Counted from the first letter of the stretch, positions 1 through 9,702 are shown. The stretch: DNA of 64,000 nt from Ignavibacteriota bacterium (GCA_963701295.1 OY969585.1:1888001-1952000); one strand, 5' to 3'. Notes: a model not told the origin generated them from the sequence alone. Program-made: numbers and translations.

Positions 1-2
1 GT

Positions 3-974
3 GCACTGATGCTTATCTCTGGTTGCAAGGATGCTCCTCGTGACAATCCGCTGGATCCAAGTTCGCCTCAATACACAAACACGGCATCAGTGAAAGGCCA
101 AGTTCTTTTACTTGGTCAAAACAGCGGTATCGTTTCAGCAAGCATCACTTCATTGCAAGACAGTGTGAGTGTTTTAAGTGATGCAGGTGGAAATTATTCT
201 TTCAGCAGCCTGACTGTTGGTACACAAACGCTGGTATGCACCAAAGAGAACTTTGTTCCCGACACACAACAGATTATTCTTCAGAGCCGTACAACGAAGG
301 AAGTTCTATTTGAATTAAACGGTGCGCCTTATGTTCTGGCTCAAAATATACTCACCAGGAAAATTGATCAGTACTATCCGAGTGCGCAATATTTTGTCGA
401 TGTTACTGCTTCCGTCACTGATCCGAATGGTATAGCGGATGTGGACTCCGTTTGGTTCGCTGTTGATACCCTTCTCTTCCCGATGGATTATTCAGTATCG
501 ACCAAACAATTTCAAATCACCATTTATAAGTACGATTTACCAACAAACACCATCCAATGGCTTGTCAACAGACCATTGAGAATTCGTTCGAAAGATCGCA
601 GCGATGCCGTCAATCTCAGTACTCCGTTTTTCGTATCAAGAATCATCGAAAATACAGCGACACCCATCTATCCAACAATCAACACAACCACAATGCAAAT
701 GGATACCACTGGTTCTACACCGCTGTTCCAATGGTTACCGCCGGATGTGACATTCAATTATACGTACACCCTCACGCTCTCAAGTGTTGTGTCAGGTATA
801 CAAAACGTGGTATGGACATATACAAAACTGCTTTCATCTTCTTTGCAACTCCAGTTTCCAGCTGATAACAGCGGATCGACTTTATCAGCCGGTGAGTATG
901 AGTGGACTATTTCTGTCGTCGATGATTTTGGAAATTACTCACGTTCAAAAGCAGCACCGTTTATGGTACAATAA
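3..974 (+). CDS. Putative lipoprotein with carboxypeptidase-regulatory-like beta-sandwich (5'-truncated by the window)
   Basis: Frame is open from the window edge. Lipobox-like LISGC followed by RDNPLDP; VKGQV...SDAGGNYSFSSL pattern. Stop is 2 nt before the next ATG. Confidence 0.65.
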   Translation, partial: ALMLISGCKDAPRDNPLDPSSPQYTNTASVKGQVLLLGQNSGIVSASITSLQDSVSVLSDAGGNYSFSSLTVGTQTLVCTKENFVPDTQQIILQSRTTKEVLFELNGAPYVLAQNILTRKIDQYYPSAQYFVDVTASVTDPNGIADVDSVWFAVDTLLFPMDYSVSTKQFQITIYKYDLPTNTIQWLVNRPLRIRSKDRSDAVNLSTPFFVSRIIENTATPIYPTINTTTMQMDTTGSTPLFQWLPPDVTFNYTYTLTLSSVVSGIQNVVWTYTKLLSSSLQLQFPADNSGSTLSAGEYEWTISVVDDFGNYSRSKAAPFMVQ

Positions 975-976
975 GT

Positions 977-2455
977 ATGGAACAGATACATCACGATAAC
1001 TTCAATGCCCTCTATGAGATTGCACGATCTATCAACTCCATTCTGGAACCGGATGAACTGCTCGAGCGTGTGCTTGAAATCGCCATGACACATCTTTCTG
1101 CTGAGCGTGGGTTTGTTATTCTTACTGATCCCAATAAGGAGAACGGGTATGATGTTGTAACGATGAAAAATTTTTCTTCGCAACGAACAAGCAATGAATA
1201 TGCCGCTTCCTCTTCAGTAGTGACCAATGTTCTCAATACCGGTGAAGCAGTACTGACCTTTGATGCACCAAACGACGAGCGATTTGAATCATCTGTGAGT
1301 ATCATTGCCCAGAAAATATTGTCCATTATTTGTGTCCCGCTTCGAATAGGAGAGAGGACATTTGGTGCTGTGTATTTGGACAGCAGTGCCATGCTGAAAG
1401 AATTTAACGACGAGTCATTGAAATTTCTAACCATCTTTGGTAATCTTGCTGGTATTGCCATCGAGAATGCAAAACGTTATACCGAGCTTCGAAATCAGAA
1501 TGAACGGTTGAAAAACGAAGCTGATGTTACACATTTATTCGCAAACCTCATTGGTAAAAGTGATACATGGAAAAGTGCGTTGGAAATCGTTCAACGCGTG
1601 TTGGATATTGATGTGGCCATCCTTATTACGGGAGAAAGTGGAACAGGGAAGGAACTTGTTGCACGCGCTATCCACGAGAATGGTCTGCGCAAAGGACTTG
1701 CCTTTGTGGCTGTGAATTGCTCTGCTATTCCCGAATCGTTAATTGAAAGTGAATTGTTTGGTTATGTTCGCGGTGCATTTACTGGTGCGAATGCGGTCAA
1801 GAAAGGATTGGTCGAAGTCGCTGATGGAGGCACTCTCTTCCTGGATGAAATCGCTGATCTGCCATTTGCTCTTCAATCGAAACTTCTCCGATTGCTTCAG
1901 GAGAAAGAATACCGCCGTATTGGAGACACGGTAAATCGATCTGCAGATATTCGCATCATTGCTGCAACCAACAAGGATTTGAAAAACGAAGTGAAGAATG
2001 GGGCATTGCGCGAAGATCTCTATTTCCGTTTAAATGTCGTTGATATTCATCTCCCACCGCTGCGCGAACGGAGAGATGATATTCCTCTCCTGGCAAAACA
2101 TTTTCTCCAACGCTCAGCGCAAATGTATAAACGATCCATCGACAGTATCCATCCAGATGCTATGCATATGCTGCTTGTAAATCCATGGAAGGGGAATGTA
2201 CGGGAATTTCAAAATGTCATTGAGCGTGCGGTAGTTCTCTGTCAGGGGACACAATTGACACCTGCTGATCTTGTGCTCGATTTTACTGAGCGAAATTCCA
2301 TTCTTCCCAATTCAATGACGCTTGAAGAGATTGAACGTCAGATCATTGAAACGACATTGGATGAGATGGATGGAAATAGAAGAAGGACAGCGGAGAAGTT
2401 AGGTGTTTCCTTACGATGGCTTCAGTACCGTTTGAAAGAATGGAATAAAGTGTAA
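977..2455 (+). CDS. Sigma54-dependent enhancer-binding protein (GAF-AAA+-Fis HTH)
   Basis: N-terminal GAF, Walker A GESGTGKE, GAFTGA, Walker B LFLDEI, REDLYFRL, WKGNVRE, and HTH GNRRRTAEKLGVS. Confidence 0.95.
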   Translation: MEQIHHDNFNALYEIARSINSILEPDELLERVLEIAMTHLSAERGFVILTDPNKENGYDVVTMKNFSSQRTSNEYAASSSVVTNVLNTGEAVLTFDAPNDERFESSVSIIAQKILSIICVPLRIGERTFGAVYLDSSAMLKEFNDESLKFLTIFGNLAGIAIENAKRYTELRNQNERLKNEADVTHLFANLIGKSDTWKSALEIVQRVLDIDVAILITGESGTGKELVARAIHENGLRKGLAFVAVNCSAIPESLIESELFGYVRGAFTGANAVKKGLVEVADGGTLFLDEIADLPFALQSKLLRLLQEKEYRRIGDTVNRSADIRIIAATNKDLKNEVKNGALREDLYFRLNVVDIHLPPLRERRDDIPLLAKHFLQRSAQMYKRSIDSIHPDAMHMLLVNPWKGNVREFQNVIERAVVLCQGTQLTPADLVLDFTERNSILPNSMTLEEIERQIIETTLDEMDGNRRRTAEKLGVSLRWLQYRLKEWNKV

Positions 2456-3987
2456 TGCCGTTTACGATTGAAGAGAAAATCAGCGAGAGCAGTTTTACCA
2501 GTGTCTATCGTGCATTTGATGGAGTGCTGCAACGACGTATCTTGTTGAAGGTGCTCCACAAGCACCATGCCACTGATAATGATCTGTATCAGCGGTTTGT
2601 GCGGGAAGCTCAGACTTGCGCTGCACTTCGCTCCGAGCATATTGTCCAGGTCTACGAATTAATTGAATATGAAGGATCGCCGGCAATTGTGTTGGAATTT
2701 GTCGATGGTACTTCACTCAAGAATCTCATCGCTACAGGGACCACTCGTTCGTTGAAATATGCAAGAAAAGTTGCATTGCAAACCCTCCGCGGACTTGTCG
2801 TTGCACACGACAGGGGAATCATTCATCGTGATATCAAACCCGGAAATATTCTTGTGGTGACAGACGGAACATTGAAGGTTACAGATTTTGGATTGGCATA
2901 TCTTGCGTCTGTTCCAACTATAACGGCGCAAGGGATGGTGCTTGGAACACCTGCATATATGTCTCCGGAGCAAATTCGCCACGAAGAGATCGACCAAAGA
3001 ACAGATCTCTTTTCTCTGGGCGCAACTTTGGTTGAAGTGCTGACTGGCAACCGCCTCTTCGAAGGGGCATCATATGCGGAGTGCGCCAAGAAGATTCTTT
3101 CTTTTCAAGTGGATATACTTGATTATCTTGTGGAGAAATCATCTGCTGAGTTCGTGAAATATCTAAAACTTCTCTTGGCGCCGAAGAAACAAAACAGGTA
3201 CGCGACATCAAGGGAGGCACTCTATGCACTGGAACAAGACGAATCGAGCATATTCATTTCTATTCCATTCAAAGCACCAATGATAAAACGTCGAACAGTA
3301 TTTCTGGTCGGAGCAACACTTCTCCTTGGAGCTTTAGCGATTGTTTTGATTACAATCGATCATTTTTCGTATTTCCGAAATTCTGGTCCAACTCAGCCGA
3401 TAGTATTGTCGGATTCAACTGCAGCAAGAATAACGACAGATGAAGAGATGCAGAGAAAACTCAGTATTTCTTCTCCGGTTCAATCTGAGCCTATGCAGCA
3501 ACCAGAAGAACTCAAGCAACGGGAAATTTCAACGACAGCGACCACACCGCTATCCATGGATTCAGGCACCGTTCTTCTAACCAGTACACCGTGGGCAAAG
3601 GTATATGTTGATAGTGTTTTTATCGGGGAAACTCCCATCAGTAAACCTCTGACTCTTTCTGCCGGAAAACATTCTGTGACGTTCACGCACCCATCCTTTG
3701 ATCCGATTCTTCGGACCATTACGGTGCCGCCGAATAGGGAACTTTATGTTACGGCAAATTTTATTGAGAATGCTGGATTCCTTAGTTGTATTGCTACTCC
3801 ATGGGCAGAGGTGTACGTCGATGAACAATATAAAGACACAACGCCTTTGGAGAAACCAATCGTGCTGTCACCCGGGAAACACCATGTGCGTTTTAAAAAT
3901 GCATCGTTCGTTGATGTTCTCCGCGAGGTGATAATCAAATCCAAGGATACAACTTCACTGAGCATCTTTTTTAAGAAACAACGATGA
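2455..3987 (+). CDS. Hanks-type Ser/Thr kinase with TM helix and two PEGA-like domains
   Basis: HRDIKPGN, DFG, GTPAYMSPEQ; TM segment VFLVGATLLLGALAIVLITI; two TPWAxVYVD..xTP repeats; TAATG coupling to the upstream gene. Confidence 0.92.
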   Translation: MPFTIEEKISESSFTSVYRAFDGVLQRRILLKVLHKHHATDNDLYQRFVREAQTCAALRSEHIVQVYELIEYEGSPAIVLEFVDGTSLKNLIATGTTRSLKYARKVALQTLRGLVVAHDRGIIHRDIKPGNILVVTDGTLKVTDFGLAYLASVPTITAQGMVLGTPAYMSPEQIRHEEIDQRTDLFSLGATLVEVLTGNRLFEGASYAECAKKILSFQVDILDYLVEKSSAEFVKYLKLLLAPKKQNRYATSREALYALEQDESSIFISIPFKAPMIKRRTVFLVGATLLLGALAIVLITIDHFSYFRNSGPTQPIVLSDSTAARITTDEEMQRKLSISSPVQSEPMQQPEELKQREISTTATTPLSMDSGTVLLTSTPWAKVYVDSVFIGETPISKPLTLSAGKHSVTFTHPSFDPILRTITVPPNRELYVTANFIENAGFLSCIATPWAEVYVDEQYKDTTPLEKPIVLSPGKHHVRFKNASFVDVLREVIIKSKDTTSLSIFFKKQR

Positions 3988-4766
3988 TACAGAAAGTATT
4001 CTTTGCCTTCATTCTCATAGCAGTATTCGCGCACGGTGCATGTGCTCAGGAGGATACTACACATTCAACCTTGCAGGCAATTGAAGTTCTCTACAATACC
4101 GGCTCATACCTATCTGCAGAATTGGAAGCCCGGCGCCTTCTTGAATTTTCAGCGTTGAACGATTCTGTACGTGTGGCTGTTCATAAGTATATTGCATTTT
4201 CTTTAATCGCCCAAGGAAAATCGGAACAGGCAAAAGAACATTTCATGTCAGTGCTTAAGCTTGCACCCGACTATGATCTTGATCCTGTTTATACCTCTCC
4301 CAAGATTCTTGTCATCTTTAAGGAAACACAGCAACTCTTCCTTTCATCAAAGGAACCTCAAAAAGGAGCCGTCAGAAGTCCGGTGTCGATCGAGCGCTCT
4401 GCCATTACGTATCGGACAATTCTTTTTCCCGGGTGGGAACAATTACACGAAGAGAGAACGACAACAGGAACCCTATTTCTTGGAGCCGGCATCACAACAT
4501 TAGGAGCTGGAATTGCTTTTGAGTTTTTGCGGAGTTCTGCGCGGCAAAACTATTTATCTGAAACGCATTCATCAGAATTTAATGAGAAGTATGAGATTTA
4601 TGACCGATATTATAAAGCAGAAATTATTTCGTTTGTTGCATTTGCGGTCGTGTATGCAGCATCAGAAATAGAGGTGTTCCAAGCCCAACGGTATCCGCCC
4701 ATCTCATTTGAATCAAATCTATCCAAGTCACGAGGAACAACTCTTACAATTGCCATTCGTTTCTGA
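3984..4766 (+). CDS. Exported TPR protein with DUF5683-like hydrophobic C-terminal region
   Basis: Signal peptide; TPR-like AFSLIAQGKSEQAKEHFMSVLKLAP; LDPVYTSPK; ILFPGWEQL followed by hydrophobic segments; ATGA overlap. Confidence 0.7.
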   Translation: MIQKVFFAFILIAVFAHGACAQEDTTHSTLQAIEVLYNTGSYLSAELEARRLLEFSALNDSVRVAVHKYIAFSLIAQGKSEQAKEHFMSVLKLAPDYDLDPVYTSPKILVIFKETQQLFLSSKEPQKGAVRSPVSIERSAITYRTILFPGWEQLHEERTTTGTLFLGAGITTLGAGIAFEFLRSSARQNYLSETHSSEFNEKYEIYDRYYKAEIISFVAFAVVYAASEIEVFQAQRYPPISFESNLSKSRGTTLTIAIRF

Positions 4767-4767
4767 G

Positions 4768-4800
4768 GCGCAGGATATGCAGTATGGTGCACATCTTGCA
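4768..4800 (+). promoter_or_regulatory. Putative enhancer (UAS) for a sigma54 activator
   Basis: GCGCA/TGCA boxes at 4768, 4778, 4788 and 4797 (about 10-bp phasing), upstream of a -24/-12 site. Confidence 0.55.
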
Positions 4801-4852
4801 CAAGTGAAGAAAAGGGATCCCTCATATCGAATAGATTTCCTAATCTTTTGTG

Positions 4853-4868
4853 TGGCATATGGATTGCA
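4853..4868 (+). promoter_or_regulatory. Sigma54 (-24/-12) promoter
   Basis: TGGCATATGGATTGCA = GG-N10-GC, about 60 nt before the ATG at 4928. Confidence 0.8.
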
Positions 4869-4927
4869 TCATTTTTTGTGAAATAATCCATATTTGTCAA
4901 AAAATGCCTATAAATTAGGAGAGAGAA

Positions 4928-6946
4928 ATGAAAAATAAATACTGGTTTTTTGCAGCAGCCGTATTAACGATAGCACTTATTTTTACTCAGTCCCTTTTTT
5001 CACAAACCGCGTTACCACCACATTCTCGAAATCAAATTAGGTTTATCTCTCAACCGCCTCAATATGGTCAACGCGGCGTTCCTTATTCCTATACGGCTCA
5101 AGCCGTCACTGCAGACACCACTGCGGTTATCAACTATTGTGCTGGTATTCTCAATCCCATTGGGCTGACAATTGATTCGATATCGGGTGTTGTCAATTGG
5201 ATCCCTGCAGCGAAAGGATGGTATCCAATTACCCTGATAGCGAGGTCGAATAAAGGAGGCAATGCCGTCCAATCTTTTATGGTGACAGTAGTCGGCGGCA
5301 ATGGTATTGTGCAAGGACAAGTGACGGATACATCAGGTAATAGCATTTCTAATATTATTATCGAAGTGCTGCAAGTTTTAAGCACAGATCCTATTCCTCT
5401 CAATACTATTTCTATCAGTAATGAATGTTATTCATACTCCGCAAAAACAGATAAAAATGGAATGTATCGGATTTCTCATATTGATCCCGGTACGTATAAA
5501 GTACGTGCAGTATCACCTACGCCCCAGTATCTAAGCCAGTGGTATGATGGACAGTCTGACGCTAAGGATGCGAATACGATCACTATTTCCGATTCTTCTT
5601 CTAATACTCCCACCGTGGTCAATTTTTCTCTTCGCGGTATTGTCAGATTGCCAAAGATTGCTGTATCAGGTATTGTTACCGATACGAATCTTCTTCCAAT
5701 AAAAGTTGCGAATATCTTTTTTGTACGATCCGGATTTGCGTTGAATACTAAGGACACTGTTGACGACTTCCGAGAATATTTCAACATGAATGCTATGAAG
5801 GACGATTGCAGACTCGAAGGAAAATCGCAGAATGTATACAGCGCCAAAACCGACTCGTCCGGTACGTATTCGCTTCAGATTCCACAGGGATCATATATTG
5901 CCTTTGCCAAAGCTCGGGGATATGCAACGGAATTCTATTTGGGACAATCCGATCTGCTGTCGGCAAATCAGATAGTACTGACACATGACAGCGCAGGTAT
6001 CAACTTCGCGCTTGCGCAGCTTCCAAAGGTTGTTCTTGGTACAATCACAGGGAGCGTGCTCGATTCAGCACAAGGTATCGGTGTTCCTTCCCGAATTATT
6101 GCATCTCGAGATCGATGGACTGTGAAAGATAAATTTAACTGCTTCCGCTCTTACGTCGTTGATACAGATTCCCTTGGTACATTTTCAGTCGATTCATTAT
6201 TACCGGGATCGTACTTTGTGTTTGCAGTACCGCTAGGTAATTATTCTCCTGCTTTCTATTCAACAGATACTACAAGTATACGATGGAAGAGAGCAACCAG
6301 AGTGGATATTAGTGGGAACACTGTTAATGATATCGATATTTATGTGCACGAGATTCCTGATTCCATGAATGGGTACTCCAGTATTTCTGGCGCTGTTCGT
6401 TTTTCATCGGGTTCCATCTCAATGGCAGGAGCCCTTGTCTATGCAGCAAATCGGAATTCCGTAGTCTCAGGATATGCAATCACGGATGAGAAGGGGAATT
6501 ACAATATAGAAGGCCTGGTTCCCGGTGCATATACCGTGTCGGTCGATAAGGTAGGATATGAGACAGCATCACAATCTGCTACCGTTTCCTACAGTGCCGC
6601 AGGAAATCTAAACGCCACTGTCGACCTGTCAATCGATGAAGTAGCCACAGGTGTGGCCCAAACTTCTTCAACACAGCAGCCGACGCAATTCATGCTTGAA
6701 CAAAATTTTCCGAATCCATTCAATCCATCAACAACGATTAACTACACATTGAATCAATCTGGCATTGTTACGTTGAAGGTGTATAATCTTCTTGGCCAAG
6801 AAGTGCGCACATTGGTCAATGGATTCCAAAATGCAGGAAGTTATCATACGATGTTTAATGCGCAAGGACTTTCCAGCGGTATCTATTTCTATCGCTTAAA
6901 AAATCAAAACAGCATTCAGACTCGGAAAATGATTCTCTTACAATAA
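4928..6946 (+). CDS. T9SS type A CTD protein with Ig-like and repeated carboxypeptidase-regulatory-like domains
   Basis: Signal peptide; repeated (I/V)xGxV...TD..G.Y modules; C-terminus QNFPNPFNPSTTI...SGIYFYRL...RKMILLQ; RBS AGGAG. Confidence 0.88.
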   Translation: MKNKYWFFAAAVLTIALIFTQSLFSQTALPPHSRNQIRFISQPPQYGQRGVPYSYTAQAVTADTTAVINYCAGILNPIGLTIDSISGVVNWIPAAKGWYPITLIARSNKGGNAVQSFMVTVVGGNGIVQGQVTDTSGNSISNIIIEVLQVLSTDPIPLNTISISNECYSYSAKTDKNGMYRISHIDPGTYKVRAVSPTPQYLSQWYDGQSDAKDANTITISDSSSNTPTVVNFSLRGIVRLPKIAVSGIVTDTNLLPIKVANIFFVRSGFALNTKDTVDDFREYFNMNAMKDDCRLEGKSQNVYSAKTDSSGTYSLQIPQGSYIAFAKARGYATEFYLGQSDLLSANQIVLTHDSAGINFALAQLPKVVLGTITGSVLDSAQGIGVPSRIIASRDRWTVKDKFNCFRSYVVDTDSLGTFSVDSLLPGSYFVFAVPLGNYSPAFYSTDTTSIRWKRATRVDISGNTVNDIDIYVHEIPDSMNGYSSISGAVRFSSGSISMAGALVYAANRNSVVSGYAITDEKGNYNIEGLVPGAYTVSVDKVGYETASQSATVSYSAAGNLNATVDLSIDEVATGVAQTSSTQQPTQFMLEQNFPNPFNPSTTINYTLNQSGIVTLKVYNLLGQEVRTLVNGFQNAGSYHTMFNAQGLSSGIYFYRLKNQNSIQTRKMILLQ

Positions 6947-6980
6947 ATCACACACTTTTTTAGTCGTTTGGCATTTGAAG

Positions 6981-7015
6981 AGGGCTGTCTCGATCTGAGA
7001 CAGCCCTATTTTTTT
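6981..7015 (+). terminator. Intrinsic terminator
   Basis: AGGGCTGTCTC-gatct-GAGACAGCCCT followed by AT7. Confidence 0.85.
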
Positions 7016-7018
7016 CTA

Positions 7019-7038
7019 TAGCGGGGGAGGGATTGAAC
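7019..7038 (-). repeat. attR-like displaced 3' fragment of tRNA-Met
   Basis: TAGCGGGGGAGGGATT is identical (16 bp) to 21906-21921, then GAAC after a 1-nt deletion. Confidence 0.85.
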
Positions 7039-7099
7039 TCAGTCTTAAATTCGAGACTCTTTTCAGTGATTTTCAATAAAAAACAAGAAATCATTAAGT

Positions 7100-7128
7100 T
7101 TGACATTACCATGCGATCTTACTATTAG
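7100..7128 (+). promoter_or_regulatory. Sigma70-like promoter at the island end
   Basis: TTGACA-N17-TATTAG. Confidence 0.4.
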
Positions 7129-7460
7129 CACATTATGGATATTGGGCTACTGGATGATCTTGGACTAAAAACATATATCTCTAGGCTAATATTACTTTCT
7201 ATATTAATAGAGTACATGAATAATCAAGAGGAGTATAAGATTATTTAAAACAGAAATTAAAAAAAAGAAGCCTATGATATTCATTAATATCTAACCGCAT
7301 ATCTATTGAAAAAAGGATCGATCCTATTTCTAAATGTACTTCTTATTCTCATTTTTCGGATTACCCATTGACTATCTTGATTTTAATGGCACAAAATAGT
7401 ATTTATGAATCGTTCTTAAAATAATTCAGGGTACATATTGATAGAGAATAAATTTTCTGA

Positions 7461-7482
7461 TACAATACAACATTGTGTTGTA
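7461..7482. promoter_or_regulatory. Palindromic operator-like site upstream of the ABC operon
   Basis: TACAATACAA-ca-TTGTGTTGTA (9/10 inverted repeat). Confidence 0.5.
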
Positions 7483-7516
7483 ATCAAACAATAATTCTCG
7501 GCCTTTCATCAATCCC

Positions 7517-8332
7517 ATGGAACTACACCAAAAATATTCCATCATCGAGGTTGCTCACCTTGTGAAGAAGTTTAAAGATTTCGCTGCGGTTGATAATATA
7601 TCGTTTTCTGTTGAAGCTGGAGAGATATTCGCGTTCTTGGGTCCCAATGGCGCAGGGAAATCCACGACCATCAAAATGCTTATTACGCTTCTTACACCTA
7701 CAAGCGGTACGGCTATAATTGATAGACACGATATTGCACATCATGCTTCCGAGGTACGTAAAACGATTGGTTATGTACCGCAGATGATTTCCGTGGATGG
7801 TACGCTCACAGCATACGAGAATCTTATGCTGATGGCGCGGCTCTACGATATTCCAAGAGCAGAGCGCAAAGAGCGCATCAAAGAGGTACTATTGTTTTTA
7901 AAGCTCGAGGAACAGACGGATTCACTTGTTAGAACGTTTTCCGGCGGTATGGTCCGCAAGATGGAAGTCGGGCAAGCCATGCTTCATCGTCCCAAAGTAT
8001 TGCTGCTCGACGAACCAACAACAGGACTTGATCCTGTTGCACGGCAAAATGTTTGGGAGCATCTTCTTGAGTTAAGGGACACCTTCGGTACGACTATCTT
8101 CTTCTCCACACATAATATGGAAGAAGCGGATGGAGTGAGCGATCGCATCGCTGTGATGAACAGGGGAACAATTGCTGCGATGGGGAATGCAGAAGAACTG
8201 AAGGCAAAAACCGGAAAGCTGAATGCCACGCTCGAAGAAGCTTTTATTTTCATTACCGGCAATAAGCTTCAGGAGACAGGCAACTTCCGAGAAATCCGCA
8301 GAGCAAGAAAAGTTGAACGAAGATTAGGATAG
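7517..8332 (+). CDS. ABC exporter ATP-binding protein (DrrA-like)
   Basis: GPNGAGKST, FSGGM, LLLDEPT. Confidence 0.93.
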   Translation: MELHQKYSIIEVAHLVKKFKDFAAVDNISFSVEAGEIFAFLGPNGAGKSTTIKMLITLLTPTSGTAIIDRHDIAHHASEVRKTIGYVPQMISVDGTLTAYENLMLMARLYDIPRAERKERIKEVLLFLKLEEQTDSLVRTFSGGMVRKMEVGQAMLHRPKVLLLDEPTTGLDPVARQNVWEHLLELRDTFGTTIFFSTHNMEEADGVSDRIAVMNRGTIAAMGNAEELKAKTGKLNATLEEAFIFITGNKLQETGNFREIRRARKVERRLG

Positions 8333-8349
8333 ATGATCATCAAATAAAT

Positions 8350-9126
8350 ATGTTTTACTATTTATTACAGACAATTAAAAAATCTTACGTGCTCGCTGAG
8401 ACAGAAACGCGCAAACTTCTCCATGATCCGACGGAACTCATCTCGCGTGCGATACAACCGATTCTCTGGCTGGGCATTTTTGGCGAAGCGATGAGTAAGG
8501 TACGAGCGATTCAGACACAAGGGTTGACATATCTTCAGTTCATTGCACCGGGAATTCTTACACAATCCGTCGTATTCGTTGCCATCTTCTACGGTCTTTA
8601 TATTATCATGGACCGAGATACAGGTATATTACAAAAACTCCTGGTTACACCAACGCCGCGCCTCGCATTGGTTTGGGGTAAAATGATTTCTGCGGGCATA
8701 AGAGGCTTAAGCCAGGCGCTCATTGTTTTCCTTTTTGCTATTATCCTCGGCATTCAATTGAATATCACTTTCTGGTCTATCTTCGGAGTAATCATTATTG
8801 TCATGCTTGGTGCGGGTTTTTTCACTGGCCTTTCCATGATTATCGCCTCGATTGTGAAAACCAGAGAAAGGTTCATGGGAATCGGCCAAGTAATTACGCT
8901 GCCATTATTCTTTGCCTCGAATGCTATTTATCCAATTTCAATTATGCCTGCATGGCTTCAAGCAGTAGCGAACGTAAATCCATTAAGTTATATGGTAGAT
9001 GGATTGCGCGCGCTCATGCTCTCAGGAAATATTTCGGGAGTAGGTTTCGATATCGGCATACTTGCTACTGCCACACTGCTTATTTCAATACTCAGTGCAT
9101 GGTTTTATCCAAAGGTGGTGATATAA
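8350..9126 (+). CDS. ABC-2 type permease
   Basis: About 6 TM helices; YLQFIAPGI; NPLSYMVDGLR. Confidence 0.92.
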   Translation: MFYYLLQTIKKSYVLAETETRKLLHDPTELISRAIQPILWLGIFGEAMSKVRAIQTQGLTYLQFIAPGILTQSVVFVAIFYGLYIIMDRDTGILQKLLVTPTPRLALVWGKMISAGIRGLSQALIVFLFAIILGIQLNITFWSIFGVIIIVMLGAGFFTGLSMIIASIVKTRERFMGIGQVITLPLFFASNAIYPISIMPAWLQAVANVNPLSYMVDGLRALMLSGNISGVGFDIGILATATLLISILSAWFYPKVVI

Positions 9127-9129
9127 ACT

Positions 9130-9702
9130 ATGGAAAATTTGACCATTGATAAATCAAAGACAGCATTGGTTGCCATCGATCTCCAAAAAGGTGTTGCCGG
9201 ACGACAAACTGTTCCATATGCACCCGATATTGTAATAAAAAATGCTGCAATGCTTGCGGAGGCATTTAGAAAAAATAGCATGCCTGTATTTTTGGTACGA
9301 GTGACTCCTTCGCTGGACGGGAAAGACGCGTTACGTCCTATTGCTGATGCGCGAAGGCCGATACAAACTCCTCCATCAGATTGGGCAGAAATTGTTCCAG
9401 AGATGGGGCCGAAGCAAAGTGATTTCGTGATCACCAAACATCAGTGGGGAGCTTTCTACGGTACAGAGCTTGATTTGGAATTTAGAAGACGCGGCATAAC
9501 AACAATGGTTCTGTGCGGAATAGCGACCAATTTTGGTGTTGAGAGCACAGCTCGATTTGCTTATGAGTATGGATACCAGCAAATATTTGCAGAAGATGCC
9601 ATGGCCGCTATGTCGGTCGAAGAACATACATTTCCGATCACAAAAATATTTCCGCGCATTGGACTTGTAAGGAAAACCTTAGAAATATTGGCTAGCTTGT
9701 AA
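9130..9702 (+). CDS. Isochorismatase-family hydrolase (YecD-like)
   Basis: TALVAIDLQ, KHQWGAFYGT, GIATNFGVESTAR. Confidence 0.9.
   Translation: MENLTIDKSKTALVAIDLQKGVAGRQTVPYAPDIVIKNAAMLAEAFRKNSMPVFLVRVTPSLDGKDALRPIADARRPIQTPPSDWAEIVPEMGPKQSDFVITKHQWGAFYGTELDLEFRRRGITTMVLCGIATNFGVESTARFAYEYGYQQIFAEDAMAAMSVEEHTFPITKIFPRIGLVRKTLEILASL

Noticed and set aside
7388-7403. TGGCAC as a sigma54 promoter
   Set aside because: No GC at the -12 position.
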